Positions 58,712 to 64,000 of a stretch of DNA of 64,000 bases are shown piece after piece. The stretch spans positions 3,328,001 to 3,392,000 of the forward strand of contig OZ241744.1 in assembly GCA_965200965.1 (NCBI GenBank), read 5' to 3'. The notes beneath the pieces are model-generated. The model searched no databases. It was not told the DNA's origin and saw only the letters and a list, made by a program, of their open reading frames with translations. The stretch comes from an uncultured Candidatus Binatia bacterium. Lineage in GTDB: Bacteria > Desulfobacterota > Binatia > Bin18. The position numbers and the translations under genes were made by a program. Numbering within the stretch: position 1 is the stretch's first letter; each line of letters starts with the position of its first letter.

Positions 58712-59010
58712 TGAATAACCCCTCCTCACTTACGCCTCTTTCCACACCGCCGAGACCAGCTCGGTGTCAAGATAGGCCGTGCCTTCGGTGACTTTGCCGC
58801 TGGCGAGCGCATGACCCGGCAATAGCTGTTGTGGTAGGATTTGCCGGAGTTCAATCTGTCCGCCGGCGACCCCAATGGAACTCTCAGACCACGTTTGCGC
58901 CACCGCATCTCCCTGTGTGCACTCCCCGTGGCTTAGCAAGGCCGCCTGCCGGAGTCAAGGAAAGCGCGGCCTGAGCCGGGGCAATTCTGCTCGAGAGCGG
59001 AAAATCCGAG

Positions 59011-59967
59011 TCACATCAAGCAGAGCGCGATAGCGCTGCCGATAGCCAGCCCAATAATCACTGAAAAGACCAACGCTTTTACAATTGTCCGCCATCTCCA
59101 GTTGAAAAAAGTAAAAACAGACGGCCGCCATCTCCAGTTGAAAAAAGTGAAAACAGAGAGAATCAGGGCGAACAGAGAAAAAACAAGAGAAAAAACAGGT
59201 GTGAAAGCGTCCAATGTTCGGATGTCAGGCAGGCTAGTTTTGATGCCTGCCATATAGGGGAGCCCGATAGCTGCCATGAGGATCGCTAGTAGGCCGACTA
59301 CCAGCGAGGTAAACAGGTTAATTTTTTGGTATACTTCGTCCAGCTTGTCTTTTGTTTCACCAGGCCCGCTGCGGAAATCGTCAATTCCGAAGTCTTCTAT
59401 GACGAGACGTTTGGGGGGCCGTCGGTATCGCTCCCATTCCTCATCTCCCTTGCTGATATCAAAGTAAGTAGTCTTGACGAAATCGAGAACGGCGATAGCC
59501 TCGCCCTTTTCTATTGATACTTTTTTATTCGACAGATTGTAAATTGGACAAAACAGATGCCCTACATAGCCCGGGTCAACCTGCGGTCCGCCGACCCAAA
59601 CCAATCCTTTGTATGCCAAGGCAACTCGAATGTTCCAACGCCCGATGAGGAACCTGGGCAGATTGAGTGTCTCGGCAGTTTGTATGACCGCTACCTCAAA
59701 CGCGGGGATACTGAGCGAATTGTTTGGCCAGCAGTCGCTGAGATGATAAGGCTTACCACCTACCACTACCTCATCGCCCACAGTCAATTTATAGGAAGCG
59801 GGCTTAAGATTCTTCTTATTGAAGGGGTCAATTAGCTGACCCTGCCTTACATAGAACTCTATCTCGTCGCTGAGGAGGACACCAGTCTTCTCCGGGTGGG
59901 AGTCCTTTTCCAAGGGCTTGATCTCGGCTAGCCGATCGCATTCCTCCTGTTGCCTCTTTGTACTCAT
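59011..59967 (-). CDS. dCTP deaminase/dUTPase-fold protein with C-terminal transmembrane helices
   Basis: VLLSDEI, IDPF...LKPASYKLTVG, T.ETLNLP, VDPGYVG, YNLS, followed by about 3 hydrophobic helices. Confidence 0.85.
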   Translation of the reverse strand: MSTKRQQEECDRLAEIKPLEKDSHPEKTGVLLSDEIEFYVRQGQLIDPFNKKNLKPASYKLTVGDEVVVGGKPYHLSDCWPNNSLSIPAFEVAVIQTAETLNLPRFLIGRWNIRVALAYKGLVWVGGPQVDPGYVGHLFCPIYNLSNKKVSIEKGEAIAVLDFVKTTYFDISKGDEEWERYRRPPKRLVIEDFGIDDFRSGPGETKDKLDEVYQKINLFTSLVVGLLAILMAAIGLPYMAGIKTSLPDIRTLDAFTPVFSLVFSLFALILSVFTFFNWRWRPSVFTFFNWRWRTIVKALVFSVIIGLAIGSAIALCLM

Positions 59968-59971
59968 TGCC

Positions 59972-61039
59972 TTAACCACGCCTGCGATGGCTTGAATTGC
60001 TCTGAGGGATGTTGCGCGAAGCTATGTCGCTATGGCCCGGCCCATAGCCAAGGAAATGGACCGGCATCCCGATCTGTTCTTCAACCTTCCGGAGAAACCG
60101 CTCTACGGTAAATGAATGCCGGCCGTTTTTCCCGAAAGCTGGATCGAGATAGTCGAGATGATTGAGGACAATCTCCGTTGGAGCGTTCACCTCTATAGCC
60201 GATCGTACAATATCGGGATCGAACTTTGCGACCCGGCGGACCTTTCCTGTAACGGTTGTATACTCTCGAACGCATTGACCGCCCCGGCCTTTCGTAATTT
60301 CGTCCCATGTCGTTTCGTTCGGGAGAGGGCCGGAAGACCCGGCAACACGAATAGGAAATGCGCGAATGACGAGGACGATCTGATCCACATCCAGAGGACT
60401 CAGGCCCGCCTCGGAGACGAAAGCCGCCGCGCTGGTATCGCGGCTGGTCGTGTACGGATAGTCTGGGGCATGGAGCACCGACAAGCCAAAGCCTTGGGTT
60501 CCCTCTATGACAATACGGGCACCTTTTTTGAGGGCCTCACGCATGAGTGCTGTCGTGTCGCCGAGAAACGCCGTCAGTCGCCGGTCGTCCGCTGCCAAAA
60601 TACTTCGTCCCGAGCGACGGGCGCGTTCTATGACCGCCGCACCTGTCCCGCTTCCCGTCGAACCTATCCGGCTCTGCAAGTCCCAGTCATGTTCTGTCTG
60701 CTTGTGGGCCTCGGAAATGACCACGGCACGCGGACTAATTCTCAGCCGACTCGCTTCCAGAGGGACATCTTCACGGACACGCTCAATTTCTTTGAGCAGG
60801 CGCGGGACGTCAATGTACGAGCCTGGACCGATGATAAGAGTTGGGTCCGGCAACAGACAGGCCGTTGGGAGGTGACGAAACACATGCCGCTTGTTTCTCT
60901 CATCTACGACGGTATGTCCGGAATTGGAGCCGCCAACCCGCACAACGACGGAGGCCTTTTGGGTTTTGGTAAGCCAGTGCGCGACTTTTCCCTTGCCCTC
61001 GGAGCCGAACTGCCCACCCACAACCACTGAAACCGGCAT
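59972..61039 (-). CDS. Short adenylosuccinate synthetase paralog, PurZ0-like
   Basis: GGQFGSEGKG, GGSNSGHT, GSTGSG, EGTQGFGL, YPYTTSRD, FPIRVAG, TTVTGKVRRV, NHLD. Confidence 0.9.
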   Translation of the reverse strand: MPVSVVVGGQFGSEGKGKVAHWLTKTQKASVVVRVGGSNSGHTVVDERNKRHVFRHLPTACLLPDPTLIIGPGSYIDVPRLLKEIERVREDVPLEASRLRISPRAVVISEAHKQTEHDWDLQSRIGSTGSGTGAAVIERARRSGRSILAADDRRLTAFLGDTTALMREALKKGARIVIEGTQGFGLSVLHAPDYPYTTSRDTSAAAFVSEAGLSPLDVDQIVLVIRAFPIRVAGSSGPLPNETTWDEITKGRGGQCVREYTTVTGKVRRVAKFDPDIVRSAIEVNAPTEIVLNHLDYLDPAFGKNGRHSFTVERFLRKVEEQIGMPVHFLGYGPGHSDIASRNIPQSNSSHRRRG

Positions 61040-61056
61040 CAGTTTCCCCTATTCCG

Positions 61057-62550
61057 TTACAAATCCGTTCGGAGAGATAGCGTCCCGGAATTGGCTTGCC
61101 CCGTGGTTGAGGAGACGCCATTTCCGAGTCTGGGGATAATCAGGGGTTCCTCGTCCGCTGTTCCCAGGGCTTCGGACAGGCCAGCCAGATAAAACGTGCC
61201 CACAAGGGCCGATGTGATGGCATCGAGTTCGTCATGCGTCACGTTGTGTGTCTCGTAATCACCCCGTATGCCAAATTCCCACAAGCCCGCCTTCAGCCAC
61301 TCCGGGCCGGCACCCTTGCGGGGGATACGCATGATATCTTGCGCCGCGCCGGGATAGCTCTCAATCACCTGAACATCATGCTCACGGAGTGTGCGGGCGA
61401 GTCGGATCCCTCTTGCCGTGAGTTTCTGCATGCTCGGGATAAGACAGGGATAGACATTGATACCGCGTCGCCTGAGCTCGCGTTCGCATTCGCGCGTGAT
61501 TCCAAATTCCGTCCGACCGGGGTCGTCATCCCCAACGGCAGCACGGCCAGCCGGAAGACATAAAGGGGAGTCGATAGAAACGAGACGTGGACAGGCCCGT
61601 ATCGTTTTTTCGATCAATGCGTCGTCCGAGAACACTGGCGCTACCTGCGCTTGCGATCCATCCAGAAGGCACCAACCGCTGGCCCGTTCCTCGGAGCCGG
61701 TAAGATCGATTCCAACGATTCGAAGTCTTGAGAGAGGACCGGGGCTGAACAGATCAGAGAACCGGAAGCGTCCCTGCATCAACTCACCAGATGGCATGGG
61801 AAGGCTCGGCAGCGTCTGCCAGTCCTGCGGTGCCGACCAGTCTCGAAAACATACATTCTTGGAAAACAACTCCAGTTGCGTGCCAAGTCGAGAGACCACC
61901 TCGTCAAATATCGCTCCCATGGCTGCGATGTCGGCCCGGTTGTAGCGAATGAGCTTTTGGAGGGCGTCTTGATCGCCACGAACATACCGATGCCAAAGCA
62001 CGACGGCCGCAGCGCCGTCCAGGCTGGTCAAATCGTTTCGAAAGCCGATACCCAACGCTTTTTCGATGGCCTTTTGCCCACCTGTCAAACCGACGCGGCG
62101 GCAAAGATACATCAGGTCAATATGCGGCTCGGGCAGAACGATCTCGGGAAATTCCCGTGTAATGAACTTGGCGTCGAAGCGGATCCCGTTGAAGGTAACC
62201 AGAGCCTTTGCGCGCGCGGCGTCCTCTTGTAACTGTCTCGGAGCTTGCCCCTTGATGATCGTTTTCGCATGACCTCCAAAAGACCATCCGATGACGGTAA
62301 TCTCGTCATAATAATGGCTGAGGCCGGTCGTCTCAATATCGAGAAAAAGAATGTCCTCGGGAGAATCAACACAGGTAGCGAACTGGCGTCGCAATTTTTG
62401 CCGGATGGTACGAGGCGTAACTGAGCGCTCTTTCCTGCCTGTTCTCCTTGGTTCCTTTGCCTGATCGGGCGGATTGCCGACGCCGGGAAGGCTGAGGGCG
62501 GCCTGTCCGCCGGTACCCTCAATGGAACTCTCAGGCCACGTTTGCGCCAC
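61057..62550 (-). CDS. YprB/RNase_H_2 DEDD exonuclease fused to DUF429 (RNase H-fold) domain
   Basis: FLDIETTGL, TFNGIRFD, HIDL, YNRADI; then GIDLTGS, SIDSPL, RECEREL, IESYPGA, HDELDAI. Confidence 0.85.
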   Translation of the reverse strand: MAQTWPESSIEGTGGQAALSLPGVGNPPDQAKEPRRTGRKERSVTPRTIRQKLRRQFATCVDSPEDILFLDIETTGLSHYYDEITVIGWSFGGHAKTIIKGQAPRQLQEDAARAKALVTFNGIRFDAKFITREFPEIVLPEPHIDLMYLCRRVGLTGGQKAIEKALGIGFRNDLTSLDGAAAVVLWHRYVRGDQDALQKLIRYNRADIAAMGAIFDEVVSRLGTQLELFSKNVCFRDWSAPQDWQTLPSLPMPSGELMQGRFRFSDLFSPGPLSRLRIVGIDLTGSEERASGWCLLDGSQAQVAPVFSDDALIEKTIRACPRLVSIDSPLCLPAGRAAVGDDDPGRTEFGITRECERELRRRGINVYPCLIPSMQKLTARGIRLARTLREHDVQVIESYPGAAQDIMRIPRKGAGPEWLKAGLWEFGIRGDYETHNVTHDELDAITSALVGTFYLAGLSEALGTADEEPLIIPRLGNGVSSTTGQANSGTLSLRTDL

Positions 62551-62707
62551 GCTGCTTTTTCCTCCCTGTCTGCGGCTCCCCGTAGTCTAGCAAAGCTGTC
62601 AAGGAAAAGGAACGCGGCCCGGGTGCCGGGGAAGCTCGGAATTGACAAAACTGTGAGGTTCAGCGTAGCCTTCTTGCGCCTACGCCAACTGCACTGAGGA
62701 GGGGGAT

Positions 62708-64000
62708 ATGCAGCCACAGCAATTGATTCGGCTTTCCGCGGCGTTTCTCGTGTTTGGATTCATGCTCGGAGTCCTGCCCGGTCAGCGCGCCAGCGCTCAA
62801 GGCTTGACCGAGATGCAGCAGGACTCTGGGCAGTGGGTCTTGCCCGGGAAGGATTATGCCCTGACCCGTCATAGCCCGCTGACCCAGATCACCAGGGATA
62901 ACGTCGCAAATCTCAAGGCGGCCTGGACCTTCTCGACCGGAGTCCTGCGTGGCCATGAGGGCGCTCCGCTGGTCGTCGGCAGCATGATGTATGTGGTCAC
63001 GCCTTTTCCCAACATTGTCTATGCCCTGGACCTGAGCAAGCCGGGACCGGCGATGCAATGGAAATATGCGCCTGAGCAGGACGAGGCGGCTATTCCGGTT
63101 GCCTGCTGTGACACGGTCAACCGTGGGGCTGCCTACGCCGAGGGCAAAATCTTCTTCAATCAGCTCGACGCCCATACGGTTGCCCTGGATGCCGAGACCG
63201 GCGAAGAGGTGTGGAAGGTCAAACAGGGCGATATCGGCCAGGGCCAGACGATCACGATGGCACCCCTGGTAATTCGGGACAAGGTCCTGACCGGCATCAG
63301 CGGCGGGGAATTTGGCGTGCGCGGCTTTGTCACCGCCAATGATATCAACACCGGCGAGCAGGTGTGGCGGGCCTACAGCACCGGGCCTGATTCCGAAGTG
63401 CTCATCGGCGCAGGTTTTTCGCCGACCTACGCCTCACACCAGGGCAAAGACCTGGGGGTGTCAACCTGGAAAGGCGAGGAGTGGAAGCGCGGCGGCGGCA
63501 CGACCTGGGGCTGGTACAGCTACGACCCGGAGTTGGACCTGTTCTATTATGGCACGGGTAACCCGGGTGCCTGGAATCCCGATCAACGGCCGGGCGAGAA
63601 CAAGTGGTCAATGACGCTGTTTGCCCGCAACCCTGACACCGGCATGGCCAAATGGGCGTATCAAATGACCCCCCACGACGCCTGGGACTATGACGGCGTC
63701 AATGAGAGTATCCTGATTGATCTGCCGGGCACGAACGGCAGCGCTGCCCGGAAGGTCTTGATCCATTTTGACCGCAACGGCTTTGCCTATGTGCTTGACC
63801 GCGCCACCGGCCGGCTGCTCAGCGCCAAGCCCTTCGGACATGTGAACTGGGCCAGTGGCGTTGATCTGGAGACCGGGCTGCCGATTGAAAACCCGGACAA
63901 GCGCACCCGGCAGGGGGAGAATGTGACCGATATCTGCCCGGCGGCGATGGGTGCCAAGGATCAGCAGCCAGCCGCGTATTCGCCCAAGACGGGCCTGCTG
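62708..64000 (+). CDS. xoxF: Lanthanide-dependent methanol dehydrogenase XoxF (3' end runs off the window)
   Basis: Not in the ORF track. ATG at 62708 with RBS GAGGAGG. Signal peptide, TGVLRGHEG, VACCDTVNRG, GGGTTWGW, TPHDAWDYDGVNE (the D-x-D extra Asp). Confidence 0.92.
   Translation, partial: MQPQQLIRLSAAFLVFGFMLGVLPGQRASAQGLTEMQQDSGQWVLPGKDYALTRHSPLTQITRDNVANLKAAWTFSTGVLRGHEGAPLVVGSMMYVVTPFPNIVYALDLSKPGPAMQWKYAPEQDEAAIPVACCDTVNRGAAYAEGKIFFNQLDAHTVALDAETGEEVWKVKQGDIGQGQTITMAPLVIRDKVLTGISGGEFGVRGFVTANDINTGEQVWRAYSTGPDSEVLIGAGFSPTYASHQGKDLGVSTWKGEEWKRGGGTTWGWYSYDPELDLFYYGTGNPGAWNPDQRPGENKWSMTLFARNPDTGMAKWAYQMTPHDAWDYDGVNESILIDLPGTNGSAARKVLIHFDRNGFAYVLDRATGRLLSAKPFGHVNWASGVDLETGLPIENPDKRTRQGENVTDICPAAMGAKDQQPAAYSPKTGLL

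Larger units (their letters stand above)
58856..62631. repeat. Imperfect direct repeats (58856 to about 58982; 62503 to about 62631) bracketing the three-gene cassette
   Basis: The first 48 bp are 43/48 identical. Both encode GTG-AQTW(S/P)ESSI..GGQ on the - strand, with RBS and upstream region. Confidence 0.85.

Noticed and set aside
59972-61039. Housekeeping purA, or a Z-genome prophage
   Set aside because: The catalytic Asp is replaced by Ser and the context is accessory. No DNA polymerase, dATPase, MazZ-like or virion genes are nearby.
1-64000. tRNA, rRNA, transposase or integrase genes
   Set aside because: None were recognised by eye. A covariance-model scan would be needed to exclude small RNAs.

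Overview
GC-rich bacterial chromosomal window. The protein content resembles sponge-associated Deltaproteobacteria/Binatia-type genomes, but this is an inference. From 1 to 26 kb lie catabolic and redox genes (amidohydrolase, ethanolamine permease, gor, Dke1-like diketone dioxygenase, UvrD helicase, quinohemoprotein dehydrogenase, LLM oxidoreductases, haloalkane dehalogenase), a large secreted protein with a G18 tract, and tupABC. From 26 to 45.6 kb is a complete type III-B CRISPR-Cas island (cas10, cmr3, cmr4, cmr5, cmr6-cmr1 fusion, CARF protein, cas1, cas2, an array of about 87 repeats counted by hand, cas6). It sits between tupABC and a two-subunit NAD-dependent formate dehydrogenase. From 57 to 62.6 kb is a small defence-like island, followed by a lanthanide-type xoxF. 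The best candidate for a new system is the three-gene operon at 59011-62550. It encodes a DEDD-exonuclease/DUF429 fusion, a PurZ0-like adenylosuccinate synthetase paralog, and an apparently catalytically dead dCTP-deaminase fold fused to transmembrane helices, and it is bracketed by a duplicated promoter/start segment. The second highlight is a 37-bp duplication plus 39-bp insert at the cmr5/cmr6 junction that looks like an off-target Cas1-Cas2 spacer integration. All family assignments come from motif recognition by eye, not from database searches.
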